Below, piece by piece: positions 33,384-45,640 of a DNA stretch of 64,000 nt; position 1 is the first letter of the stretch, and each line of letters opens with the position of its first letter. The stretch comes from Paraspadella gotoi (Eukaryota > Animalia > Chaetognatha). The translations under genes and the position numbers were made by a program. The DNA lies in NCBI GenBank assembly GCA_051294375.1, contig CM119266.1, positions 3,228,030 through 3,292,029 on the forward strand, given 5' to 3'. The notes under the pieces are model-generated. The model was not told the origin of the DNA. It saw only the letters and a program-made list of their open reading frames with translations, and did no database searches.

Positions 33384-35335
33384 ACGAAGACGAAGATGAA
33401 GATGAAGACGAAGATGAAGACGAAGACGAAGATGAAGACGAAGACGAAGATGAAGATGAAGAGGAAGACGAAGATGAAGACGAAGCTGACTTCAACGTCG
33501 AGGTCTTTGCTTCGTCCTTCGAGGTCGAATTCTCATTGACGCGATCCGAGCGAAAAACGGAAGCAGGAAACAGAAGCAAAAAAAAAACAAAACAAAAGCA
33601 AAAAAACAGAAGAAAGTTAATGAAACAGCGATAAACAAGCGCAAAAAACAGAAGGAAGGATTGAGAAAGAGAAAAAATAAGCAGAAATAAAATTATAATT
33701 TAAAATTATAATATAAAGCTAAAATAAAATGGAGAAATAGAAGCAAAATAAAAGCGGAAAAGAAATTCCTCACAGTCACAGTCACAGTCACACTCGCGCG
33801 TAAAAGGAATGGAACTCAAATCCGGAAATTAAAAGAAGAGGATGCGTCAAGAATTAAAAGAAGAGGATGCGTCAAGAATTAAAAGAAGAGGATGCGTCAA
33901 GAATTAAAAGAAGAGGATGCGTCAAGAATTAAAAGAAGAGGATGCGTCAAGAATTAAAAGAAGAGGATGCGTCAAGAATTTAAAGAAGAGGATGCGTCAA
34001 GAATTAAAAGAAGAGGATGCGTCAAGAATTAAAAGAGAGGATGCGTCAAGAATTAAAAGAAGAGGATGCGTCAAGAATGACGCAAATGTTTTAATAACGA
34101 GAAATTAAGTGGGCGTAAAAGCGACTGTATTAGGTTAGAATTTTTAATTGTCCTGATAAAATAGTTGGCCTTTTTTGGCCGTTCACTCGACGTTATTAAT
34201 AATCTTAGCTTAAATGTGAATTATTTTCTCTTTCCGGTTTTTCATGCTTTTTGCGAAATTTCTCAGGTGTGAGGAGATTCACGAAAACCTTGTGATCACA
34301 AAAGGGAAAGAAAAGAAGCAGAAACAATAAAATTCCATTAACTCTCTCTCTCTCTCTCTCTCTCTCTCGAGAGAGAGAGAGAGAGAGAGAGAGAGTTAAT
34401 GGGAATTTTATTGTTTTCTGCTTCTTTTCTTTCCCTTTTGTGATCACAAGGTTTTCCGTGAATCTCCTCACACCTGAGAAATTTCGCAAAAAGCATGAAA
34501 AACCGGAAAGAGAAAATAATTCACATTTAAGCTAAGATTATTAATAAACGTCGAGTGAACGGCCAAAAAAGGCCAACTATTTTATCAGGACAATTAAAAA
34601 TTCTAACCTAATACAGTCGCTTTTACGCCCACTTAATTTCTCGTTATTAAAACATTTGCGTCATTCTTGACGCATCCTCTTCTTTTAATTCTTGACGCAT
34701 CCTCTCTTTTAATTCTTGACGCATCCTCTTCTTTTAATTCTTGACGCATCCTCTTCTTTAAATTCTTGACGCATCCTCTTCTTTTAATTCTTGACGCATC
34801 CTCTTCTTTTAATTCTTGACGCATCCTCTTCTTTTAATTCTTGACGCATCCTCTTCTTTTAATTCTTGACGCATCCTCTTCTTTTAATTCTTGACGCATC
34901 CTCTTCTTTTAATTTCCGGATTTGAGTTCCATTTCTTTTACGCGCAAGTGTGACTGTGACTGTGAGGAATTTCTTTTCCGCTTTTATTTTTGCTTCTATT
35001 TCTCCATTTTATTTTAGCTTTATATTATAATTTTAAATTATAATTTTATTTCTGCTTATTTTTTCTCTTTCTCAATCCTTCCTTCTGTTTTTTGCGCTTT
35101 GTTTATCGCTGTTTCATTAACTTTCTTCTGTTTTTTTTGCTTTTGTTTTGTTTTTTTTTGCTTCTGTTTCCTGCTTCCGTTTTTCGCTCGGAATCGCGTC
35201 AAAGAGAATTCGACCTCGAAGGATGAAGCAAAGACCTCGACGTTGAAGTCAGCTTCTTCTTCGTCTTCATCTTCATCTTCGTCTTCGTCTTCGTCTTCAT
35301 CTTCATCTTCATCTTCATCTTCATCTTCGTCTTCG
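33384..35335. repeat. Near-perfect 2-kb palindrome centred at 34368/34369
   Basis: The arms are reverse complements (identical ORFs 33917-34108 + and 34633-34824 -), with no spacer at the (CT)n|(GA)n centre. Each arm contains a 25-bp minisatellite (33827-34077; 34665-34913). Confidence 0.95.
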
Positions 35336-35534
35336 TTTTCAAGGTCAAATGTCATCATCATCTTCATCATCATCATCATTTTTTTTAAATCTGAGAAATT
35401 TCATAAAAAACCAAAGGATTAAGCGATCGATTTTTAATTAGCTATTAAAGCTCAATAGATCAGATAGAACCTGGTGTTAGTCCCTGCTTGGAATATATAT
35501 TAATATATATTAATATATATATTATATATTAACT

Positions 35535-35722
35535 ATATGAAATTGGTTCAACCAATATAAAAATTATCCATTCATTTAATAAACAAGCTATCTTGCCCCT
35601 GACTTTGGACAGGCTTTGGTGGTTTAAGGCCTCCATCACTCTTACAAGATAATGACAAAGCAGGTCCCTGCAAGCTTTCTATCAAGACTCTCTCACAGTC
35701 TCGTTTATTCACTCCCAGAGTA
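35535..35722 (+). mobile_element. Dispersed repeat family A, longest copy
   Basis: Matches 545-686 and the reverse complement of 38130-38305. Confidence 0.8.
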
Positions 35723-35773
35723 CACGACTTCACTATCAATGAAGTGGTATAATGTTTAATGTTTAATATTAAG

Positions 35774-36385
35774 GTTACCGCTTCACCTACTTCATCCCAA
35801 AAAAATCCTCACCCATAAAACGCATAATTTCGAAGCCATCTCACGAAATTGCCCAAAAACAAGGAAGGAGAATTTCTGGATTTTATGTCGAGGATATTAA
35901 CGACGACGACGACGATAACGACGACGACGATGACGACGACGACGACGATAGCAACTCAAGCACCTGTAAGAAAGGAACATTTGTTCATGGGTCAAACTTT
36001 GGCAAATTCTCTTTTTACGACATAACTATCAGGATGATTATTTGTTTATAAGCCTCACTTCGAACCTCATTTGCATATTATTTCGTATTTTTATAAATCG
36101 AGAATGAAAATTAAAATTTACAATTTATCTTGCGCAACTAATAATTAACATGATTTTTGCAGTTATTTTTAGAAACGTGAAATGTAAAATTAAATATTTT
36201 TATAATTTCCAATACCTAATCAGTAATCTTAATACTTAATACTTAATCAATAATCACTTAACCTCGAATTCGCCAATCTCGGCGGCGCTAATCCGCGTCC
36301 CGATTCCCGTAACCCGACGCCGTCTTGAGGGCGGAGAGAGAATTAAGGAATGAATGATGAATGCGGGGCGTGCGAGTATGAATGA

Positions 36386-36454
<69 letters not shown>

Positions 36455-36766
36455 GAATGAATCTTTTACCGTTGGAGTGATTTATCAAGAATTAATGAGG
36501 GTTTTCCAAATGTTGAATAAACAACATGAGGGAGAATGAATAAATAAATCAATTAATACAAAAAAGAGAAAGGAGGGAAGAAAAGGAGCGAGGGGGAAAA
36601 TAAATTTGAAAGGCGGGAAGGGAAAGAAATAAGGTAAGGAATGAAGGTAAGGACTAAGGTAAGGACTAAGGAGGTCATGAGAGCGTAACCTTCGGTATAT
36701 GGCAGAATTTTCGATCCGGACTCACAGGCACAGAGGAAAGGCTAACGAGAGAAATAGAGAGACGAG

Positions 36767-36800
<34 letters not shown>

Positions 36801-37943
36801 GAGAGAGAGAGGAAGTGAATTTTGACAGTTTAACCCAGCAGTGGACATGCGGACCAAAAAGGTAAGTATATTTTGGGTTGAGCAGAAAAAAAGTTAGCAT
36901 CGGATGCGCGATGTGAGTAAGAGGAAAGCAGGAGACGAGAGAGAGAGAGAGAGAGAAGAGTCGAGAGAGGAGAGTTGAGATAGAGAGAGAGAGAAGAGAG
37001 AGACGAGAGCAGAGAGAGAGAGAGAAGAGAGACGAGAGAGGAGAGAGAGAGAGAATGAACGAGTGCAAATGGATTTCTTTAGCAAACACCTAGACTTCGT
37101 TTGTCAAAAGGGAATCTGGTGACGAATGTTTGAAGAGAACTGTCCCTTGGCCAAAGAATAGCAAATCAAACTGGTCAAAGGGTACGATGAGTCGCAATTG
37201 ACAAAATGCTATGCTCAATTCAATTAATAATATTTTGTAGAAGAGAAAACGGTGCGACAAATCATTGGTAACGGTCAGTGAAATAAAAGAACGACGGAGG
37301 AAAATGAGTGAAACCTCCTGATCTCTTATTTACACTTAAATATAATTATGAATAGTATAATGATATCGATAGATTGTATATATAGATGAATATATTACAT
37401 AGATATATATAGATTGTATATATATATATAGATATAGATATCTTCTTTCAACATTTCTTTAAATTCAGTTTCTCTCTATTTTCTTTGAATTCCTAAAATA
37501 TATTTCTAGGTTTTATTCAATAAAACTATGCTGTCAATAAACTTTCTAAATCTCAAAATCTTTTTTAAAAACTCTCAAAATGATTTCATACTCATCTCAA
37601 GTATTCATCTCAAAATACTTTTCCACATCTCAAATTTTAAAAGCATTTTTATTATTGCTTGAATTTTTCAGCAGAATTTTAAGTCCTTTCTCTTTTCGTT
37701 TTTTTTTATTAATTTCAAACGATTTCTGAATTTAAGAAAGGCATATCCGTGATGGAAATGAACGCAGCTTTTACAGGATTTCTAACAAAACAACGATCTA
37801 CGCACAATTGGGGTTACGAATCCATTCCATTAACGCCACTCTCCCAAAACGACCATCACAGCAAGCGGAAAGCAAGAGACGATCGCCCCGAGGAAAATCG
37901 GAGAATTTCCGAGCGAGATTTTCGTCGTCGCTTCGAGGCGTCG
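35774..37943 (+). CDS. Candidate exons of an unidentified gene
   Basis: AG..GT-bounded open segments at 35774-35965 (YRFTYFIPKK..VEDINDDDD..SNSST), 36829-36861 (FNPAVDMRTKK, donor gtaagt), about 37094-37181, about 37239-37267 and about 37777-37943. No recognisable domain. Confidence 0.3.
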
Positions 37944-38129
37944 GTGAAGGGTGGGAGTGTGAGAGATTAATGGGGGCGTAGGAATGGGTGACTGACTGAC
38001 TGTTGGACTATTTTGGCTTTTGGCCGAAAAGTTTAGAGGGGCCCGCCAAAAATAAAATGTGGACGGTCCCGCCACTTCTCAACACGTTCCGCTTTCGCAG
38101 TCTGTAAAATACAATTGATAGGGAAGCCA

Positions 38130-38305
38130 GGTACTGAGAGAGACTGAGTGAGAGTCTTGATTGAAAGCTTGCAGGGAACTGCTATGTCATTATCTTGTAA
38201 GAGTGATGGAGGCCTTAAACCACCAAAGCCTGTCCAAAGTCAGGAGCAAGATAGCTAATTTATTAAATGAATGGATAACTTTAAATTGGTTGTACCAATA
38301 TCATA
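38130..38305 (-). mobile_element. Dispersed repeat family A, reverse copy
   Basis: gagagtcttgattgaaagcttgcaggga..ggccttaaaccaccaaagcctgtccaaagtcagg is the reverse complement of the 35535 copy. Confidence 0.8.
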
Positions 38306-38704
38306 GGATTTTATCAGGGATGACTTGCAATTAGTGGTAGTTTAAAATTGATGTCAAAGGTGATTTAATGACAACGACCACAAACTGGAAAATTCGACCT
38401 TGTCACCTCGTAACACCAAAGTTTTTTTCTTTCAATATTTTAAACAGTCAATTTCATGGGTTTTTTTTCAGCCAATCAGCTCACAGCCAATTATCTCGCA
38501 ACCCATTCCAGCCAATTATCACCTTCTCCACTCTTTTCTATCACACTCTGTCTCCTTTCTCGTATTTGATTTTTCAATAAAACTTCGATAACCGAACGAA
38601 AATGACAAAATGAGATAAAAATAGAATGAGAGATAAAGCGGCCTAAGAGGCTTCTGCCCTCTCCCTCTCAATTTTGTCAACTCTTTCGCTTATCTGCCTT
38701 TCAA

Positions 38705-38794
<90 letters not shown>

Positions 38795-39659
38795 TCCCTC
38801 CCTCTCCCTCTCTCCAGAGTCTCACTTATCATCGTTCATGACTTTTATCTTTAGTTTTGACTTCATCTGCATCTTTTGGCATCGTCATCTTCTTCTTAGT
38901 TTTAAACCTTATACTACTACTATAACATTATTTATTCAAGTTTATGTTTTTTTAAGCGCTCTGTTTCTTATTTTAAACAATACCCTTAGCGTGATTGATT
39001 CATTTGTAAGCGAGTTTATTATTTCCATAGTATCATTTACAATTTTCTGTAATTCTCTGTACATTATTTTCCTACCTTTATATTTTTTTGTTTTTAATTT
39101 TCTTTTCTTACAACTTTCGAAATCTTTTTTCCTCCCTTTTCATCCTAATTCCTTTTTCCCAAGACAGATGGCGCTTCGCTAGCTCCGTTTGTTTATTTTC
39201 CGCTTCCCTTTTGTTCGATTAGATTTTGTTTGTTTGTTTGGATTTTTCGTGGCGCCTCATTTGTTCCTCTGTTTTTATTCGCCCATGGGGAACCGGATGG
39301 CCAGTTTAATCATTTACATTACTCGATGCTGTTGCTATAAAAATTGTTAAGAATGGACATAAAAATAGTAAAAATTTAAAATAAATATTCCGGTTGATTT
39401 TACATCAAGTGACGCGTAGTTCATTTGTTTCCGCTGGCGGCCTCCAACGGATAACATCCGAAACTCTCAGCGTCGGTCCGGAAAACAAGTGATATCTCTC
39501 GCCGTCGAGGAAACACTTTTTTATTTAGTTAATGAGGAAGAAAAGAAGTTAATTTCGTCGTAAAGACTTTTCGTAGTTGGAGGTTTTAATTTGCGAGCGT
39601 TTAGTCTTTGAACTCGTTCGGTTCTTTCCCCAAAATTAATCGAAAATGGCTCACTGGAA

Positions 39660-39695
<36 letters not shown>

Positions 39696-40074
39696 TTCAC
39701 TCTTTCACTCTCTGGATGAGCTATGATACAACATAGAAACCTGCTTTCCTTTTTCCCTGAGGGCCTCAACCAATCAGTGATTTAGTCTCACTCACTCACT
39801 CACTCACTTACCAGTTCACTGTTGGTCTCGCAATCAAGAATTAGAGTTTATTCTTTTGTCCATTATTACACTATGTACTAGACGTTAAAACTGATATTGA
39901 ATAATAATTTACCTCGCTTAGGCTCATTAGCTGAGTCTCTCTTTTTCTGGTCAACCCGTCTGACCACTAGCTTTATCAGCATTGAAACCGCCCCACACTG
40001 CCTGATTTTCTAAAAAGACCTCCAAGTTAACGCCCTGCTCATTCCTCTCCCTGCCTATTTTAAGGTCAATTTTT

Positions 40075-40570
40075 AGTCTGGTTTCCCGTGATATTGTCAT
40101 TCTAACTAAAGTTCGAAACATTGAAACGTCTGCTCGTATGAAAATAATTTCTACGAGTTTTTTGGATACAATAATAAATATTCATTAACATTAGCTCTTG
40201 TCGTACATTTTGTACGGGCGACGCCACAAACGCGCGACCCAAAGCATAGAAAATCATAAACAATTTTCTCAGATATCGCTTTGATAATCATAGAAATATA
40301 CATTATACAAGCTCTGAGCAATCATTAAGGAAGCTATCAAAGCGAAAGGGCAAAAAAATTTTAAAAAAGAGATAAAATTGATGAAATCGAGTGAAGCCAA
40401 TGAGGTTGACGACCAGAGAGTCACCAAACTCACAGTTTCTGTGATCCGTAGGGAATTCACAATGAATCTCTATTTTCTTTTAACGAAGTTGATGTAAAAA
40501 CCTCTACGCGGATCGCGGGACTGAAATTTTTTCGATGATATTACATTTTTTAAATCATTTAAACGATAAA
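40075..40570 (+). mobile_element. Decayed non-LTR (CR1/L2-group-like) reverse transcriptase fragment; second copy about 47200-47715
   Basis: Ordered remnants: FGYNNKYSLTLALV (compare QFG..STT.ALV), AFD-like gctttgata, P*G (ccg tag gga, compare PQG), and INLYEDRRDWKFF/DDITIF (compare KYVDD). Many frameshifts. Confidence 0.6.
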
Positions 40571-41143
40571 ACAGATTAAATCATTTATTATATCAATGTG
40601 GTTTATAATCAGTAACTGAAAAAAGATATTGTTTATAATTCGTTAAATTTTTACCTCCTAAAAATGTTTCGAGCAAAAACGTTTTTACTATGAAAATATC
40701 TTTATTAGGTCATATTCAGTTACTTTTTACTTTTTACTTTTTACTTTTTTGCTTTTAACTTTTTAACTTTTACTTTTACTAGTCACTAAAACTCAAATTG
40801 ACTTTTTATCTTTCCCATGTTTTCTTTTTTGCGAAACCCAACCCTTTTGTCCTTGGTCCCTCTGCTGTAAATGACGACGAAAAACGACGCTCAAGACGAC
40901 GAGGCACGACGACGCCAGTATCACGTTGCTTAGCAACGGGTTCACGTCACTCGGACGACTATCGGGAAATGAGAAGTGAATTCCAAGAATTTCTAAGAAT
41001 TCCAGAAAATCGCTTTGCGCTTCAGCATTTTACGCGATGGTAACTTTTTTACCCAGTTTCTGGTCTTTTTATTGAATGGAATTGCTTGTTTCAATTCTGT
41101 TTTTTTATATTCTAATCATTTTGTTTACCTTTTTCATCAAAAG

Positions 41144-41179
41144 CTGATGAAGACTCGAAATTAATGAGTCGAAATTGTC
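41144..41179 (+). ncRNA. Minimal type I hammerhead ribozyme-like motif
   Basis: CTGATGA-a-GACTC-gaaattaat-GAGTC-GAAA-ttGTC: both catalytic boxes, a 5-bp stem II and a GUC triplet. Stem I is weak. Confidence 0.55.
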
Positions 41180-42814
41180 CGATTTTTATTTCATAAAATT
41201 CTTGTTAACACGAAAATATTCTACTCATAATATTTTTTTCGATTTAAATATATACCATATATCTTAAAATCTCTCAAAATTCATTTTTCAAATTTCACAA
41301 TTTCAACTATAATTTTTTGTTCCATATAAACTTCGATTACTATATTCAATTTACTCCTATAACTGCTTTTTACGGCGACTATAAATTGTTTTTATTCCTC
41401 TTCCTTTCCTTTAAATGTTTTCTTTTCTTTCAAAAACAGTAAACTCGTACTCCTTTGGAGTCAATGACGCCAAATCTTCCAACTAATTCGTATTCGAACT
41501 AAAAAAACAACTTGTTTCCTTTTTCTAATTTCCTCGATTTATTATTTTTCCTTTTCAACTTTAAAGTCTCCCTTAAAGATATAATAGATTTCGCAACGAA
41601 TTGCAAATAACACAGAGTCAGACATGGAGAGACAAACCGACATGGAACGACAGACAAAAGGAACAAGTTATGATCCTTTATGCTCACTGACCACAAAGTA
41701 AGTTTTAGTTCTGAAGAAAAAAATGGTATTATGACGAAACAACAAAACGGCAAAATGACAACAAAAAAAACTATATCTGCAAAAACAATAGCGATTGAAA
41801 GACAAAGAAGAAAAACGACGTAAATAAATAAGTAGGGCTGCGCATCGTTCGAATCGAAAGTTCCGATCCAAGATTGCTTTATATTTCACTTCTATCAAAA
41901 CGCAATAGTCAAGGCCCAGTATAAATTATATCAATATGGGTAGATTTCGAAAAGCTTGGCGTCTTGGGAATGCGCAACGAAGGTAGAGCGCGGATCGAAA
42001 ATTCCCAATTTTATCATTGCGCCAAAAATGAGATTTAAATGAAACTGGTCAGGACCGTTTTTTTTCCCTTTTCCCAAAAAAACCTGGCTTGATCTTTTGT
42101 AAATTAGAACAAATCATACATATCAGTACGTTTTGGAGGCTTATTGTCTTCTCTATGCAAGATAAAAAAAAGAAAAATAAAAAAATCTTGCAAATCTCAA
42201 TTGCTTGATAAAGCAATCAAATGGAACTGGTTTTTTAGGTGAAAAACTGCATAGTCAAGCCTTCATTCTTTTTTTGTTCTAGAGACCATGCGAAAGAAAC
42301 TGTATTGTTTTTTTACTATCTGTTTCAGGTAGAGCGCGGGGTAATTTAGAGAGTTATAATATAAATTAGAGCAAATAGAAGGATATAAAGTTTTCGCACG
42401 CTTAAAGCTTTTTTAAGCGGCTTCCGGTCTGTATTATAAAAATGGTTGAACGTCGTTATCCATGAGACATCAATTAAAAATAAGCATTTATCATGGCGAT
42501 CCCGCGGCCAGATAAAATACCATATTTCACATGGCTTACCGTATTTTTACGTTTTAGAACGCGGTCTGTCGTTAAATGTTTTGAATTTCACGCCCGTGAT
42601 ATTGGCGGTTCGAGGGCGTCGTTTGTCCCTTGTAATATCTCTTTATGCTACTCCTTTATGAAATAACGCTGAATGACGAGGAAACATTGATTTAATAAAG
42701 AGAAGAAAGTTTACAGAAAGAAAGAGAGAGAGAAGAGCAAAGAAAAAGGAAAATTTTGACAGAATCAATACATATCAGTACGGGAATGGATAGCTTATTG
42801 TCTCTCTACACAGA

Positions 42815-44510
42815 TCCTTTTTAAAGTATGCACGCCTTTTTTCGCAATTATCGCAATACTTTTTTCAAAGTAAGCATACTTTTGTCAAATTATTGCATAC
42901 TTTTTTTGCAAAGTATGCCTACTTTTTTTTGAAGTCATCTATTTTTTTGAAAAGTATGCATACTTTTTCAAGTATGCATACTTTTGCCAAATTACTGCAA
43001 TACTTTTTTTTAATAGTATGCACTTTTCTTTTCAAATCTATGCATACTTTTTTTTAAAGTTAAGCATACTTTTTTCTAATTATGTGCATACTTTTTTCTA
43101 ATTATCATACTTGTTCAAAGTATGCAATTTTTTAAAGTATGGCATACTTTTTTTTAAAGTATGCATACTTTTTCAAAATTATTGCAATAACTTTTTGTTC
43201 AAAAAGTAATGCCTACTTTTTTGAGTATGCTACCTATTTTGAAGTATGCATACTTTTTCAAAATATGCATACTTTTTTCAAAGTATCCTCCCTTTTTTCA
43301 ATATGCATACTTTTTTTCAAAGTAATGCATACTTTTTTTCCAAATTATGCATACTTTTTCCAATTATGCATACTTTTTTCAAAAGTTGCCTACTTTTTTG
43401 AAGTATGCCTACCTTTTTTGAAGTATGCATTACTTTTTTCAAAGTCATACCTTTTTCCAATTATGCATACTTTTAATCAAGGTATGTACTTTTTTCAAAT
43501 TATGCATACTTTTTTTTAAGTATGCATACTTCTTCAAAATGCATACATTTTCAAAAGTATGTACCCTTTTTTCCAAATTATGCCAATACTTTTTCAAAGT
43601 AATGGCCATAACTTTTTGTTCCAATTATGCATACTTTTTTAAAGTAATGCACTTTTTTTTCAAATTTATATGCATACTTTTTTTAAAGTAATGCATACTT
43701 TTTTTAATTACGCCATACTTTTTTCTAAATTATGCATACTTTTTTCCAAAGTAATGCAATACTTTTTTAAAAGTATGCATACTTTTTTAGTATCTAAATT
43801 TAGAATTATGCATACTTTTTTCAAAGTTATGCACTTTTCAGTATGCTATTTGAAGTATGCCTACTTTTTTTGAAGTATGCATCTTTTTTCAAATTAGATA
43901 CTTTTTTCAAAGTATGCTTCCCTTTTTTCAAAATTATGCATACTTTTTTTCAAAAGTATGCATACTTTTTTTCCATTATGCATATCTTTTTCGCAATTAT
44001 GCATACTTTTTTTCAAAAGTATGCCTAGCTTTTTTTGAAAAGTATGCCTACTTTTTTGGAATTATGCATACTTTTTTCAAAGTATGCATACTTGTTTTTC
44101 CGCAATTAATGCATACTTTTTTAAAGTAGTACTTTTTTTTTCAAATTATGCATACCTTTTTATAAGTATGCATACTTTTTCAAAATAAGCAACAGTTTTT
44201 CAAAAGTTATGTACGCCTTTTTTCCCAATTATGCATACTTTTCACATTATGCATACTTTTTTTAACTTTTTTACTTTTTTTAAAGTCGCATTTTTTTTTC
44301 AAAGTATGCATACCTTATTTCAAAGTATGCATACTTTTTTCAAAGTATGCATAGCTTTTTTCAACTGGCATACTTTTTCGAACTGCAGTACTTTTTTAAC
44401 ATGCACTACTATTTTTTAACTTGCATATCTTTTTTTAACTTGTATACCTTTTCACTTGCCATACCTTTTTCAACTTGCATACTTTCATTTCATTAGCTAA
44501 CTTTCAACTT
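42815..44510. repeat. About 20-bp satellite with palindromic core AAAGTATGCATACTTT
   Basis: Tandem units aaagtatgcatactttttttc / aattatgcatacttttttc. It accounts for the MHTFF/YAYFF ORFs. Confidence 0.95.
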
Positions 44511-45539
44511 GCTTAAATTTAGCTGATTACGCTAAATATCGTGTCATATCCGGATCAGATATGAACAAATTTTTAGATATTAAACTATTGTCATCATTAT
44601 TAGTTTAATTAATTTTATTCCAATTGGCATCATTTACTTACCACATTATCCAATCCTTACTTTAATTATAGTTTTATTGGCTATCATATTAAAATCAGTT
44701 ATCATAAAAATTAAAAATGATTCAAAAATGAAAAATTAATCGTGAAAGTGACGATATAGTGAATTTTCAATCTTTAATTAACACGATATTAAATTGAGTT
44801 AGTTTAATAGTAGTTTTTGCTGGTGAGATCAGTCAATATACTTTCAATTTATTACTTCTTTGGACTCTGCTTGCTTTCTCTTTTTTTATTCTGTTATAAT
44901 TGTTATTTTTGTGATTAGTTTTGGTAAGGATTTCCTTTTTTTTCACTTTGGGCTTCGCACTATTCTATTTTTCTCTATGAGCGCCGGTTCGCGCATAATC
45001 GCTATTAATCGTTTAAACTTAGTACTACGGTATTCACAAAACCTTATTGGATCAAAAGCGAGTTTGATATTAAGCGAAAAGTTGATCGATTGAAGCGCAT
45101 TTTCGCGCGACTGTTTTATTGCCATAACTTTTGAACGGAGATTTATCCGAATATTATGAATTTTGCACTATAGATAGTATTTAAAATTTCCTATGATCGG
45201 TACAAATTTATTTAAAAATACTCAATAGTTTAAGAAACGATGCTCAACCCCAAATAAAGAAAAGACAAAACGAAAATTTGATTCCAAATTCTGAATAAAA
45301 TTATCTTTTCAATTTGTTTGAATATGAAAAAAAATCAATTATCAATTTTGTTAAAATTTGCGATGTCGTAATTGCAAACTTAGTTTGAAATTTGCATTTT
45401 GGTCCCTCGGTGACAAATAATGGCAGAGAAGATGAGAGAGAGAGAGAGTAAACACGATTTAAAATTAACCAAGTTACTATTAAATTATAAAGGTTGTGGG
45501 GCGAATCCGAAATTCGCTTCCCCGTATAGGCTATTGTGA

Positions 45540-45640
45540 AATTCAGCTAGTCCATTTGCTTGGACAGTTCCGGTTCAAATCCGCTTACGGTCACGCTGGT
45601 TAAGGTGACTAGTCTGGGCAAAAACACGATAGTTTATTTT
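45540..45640 (+). mobile_element. Possible tRNA-derived SINE fragment in the spacer between the large duplicates
   Basis: B-box-like GGTTCAAATCC at 45572-45582, followed by gtgact..tgggcaaaaacac, which resembles the CORE-SINE gtgaccttgggcaagtcac motif. No clear A box. Confidence 0.35.

Larger units (their letters stand above)
38835..45449 (+). repeat. Large tandem duplication, copy 1 (about 6.6 kb)
   Basis: Colinear with 45742-52800 from ttcatctgcatcttttggcat through gcattttggtccctcggtgacaaataatggc and the final (GA)n. Confidence 0.95.

Noticed and set aside
39690-40460. Minus-strand gene suggested by gtaagt/gtaaat donors and ORFs 40269-40460 and 47225-47476
   Set aside because: The plus strand explains most of it as an RT remnant, and the putative splice sites are not preserved in the duplicate copy.
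43139-44419. MHTFF/YAYFF-repeat ORFs, also at 50087-51745
   Set aside because: They are translations of the 20-bp satellite.
45535-45590. D-armless tRNA-Ser-like fold (gtcca-tttgct-tggac plus cggttcaaatccg)
   Set aside because: The anticodon loop is 6 nt, the T stem only 3 bp and the acceptor stem poor; a SINE remnant is a better fit than a tRNA gene.
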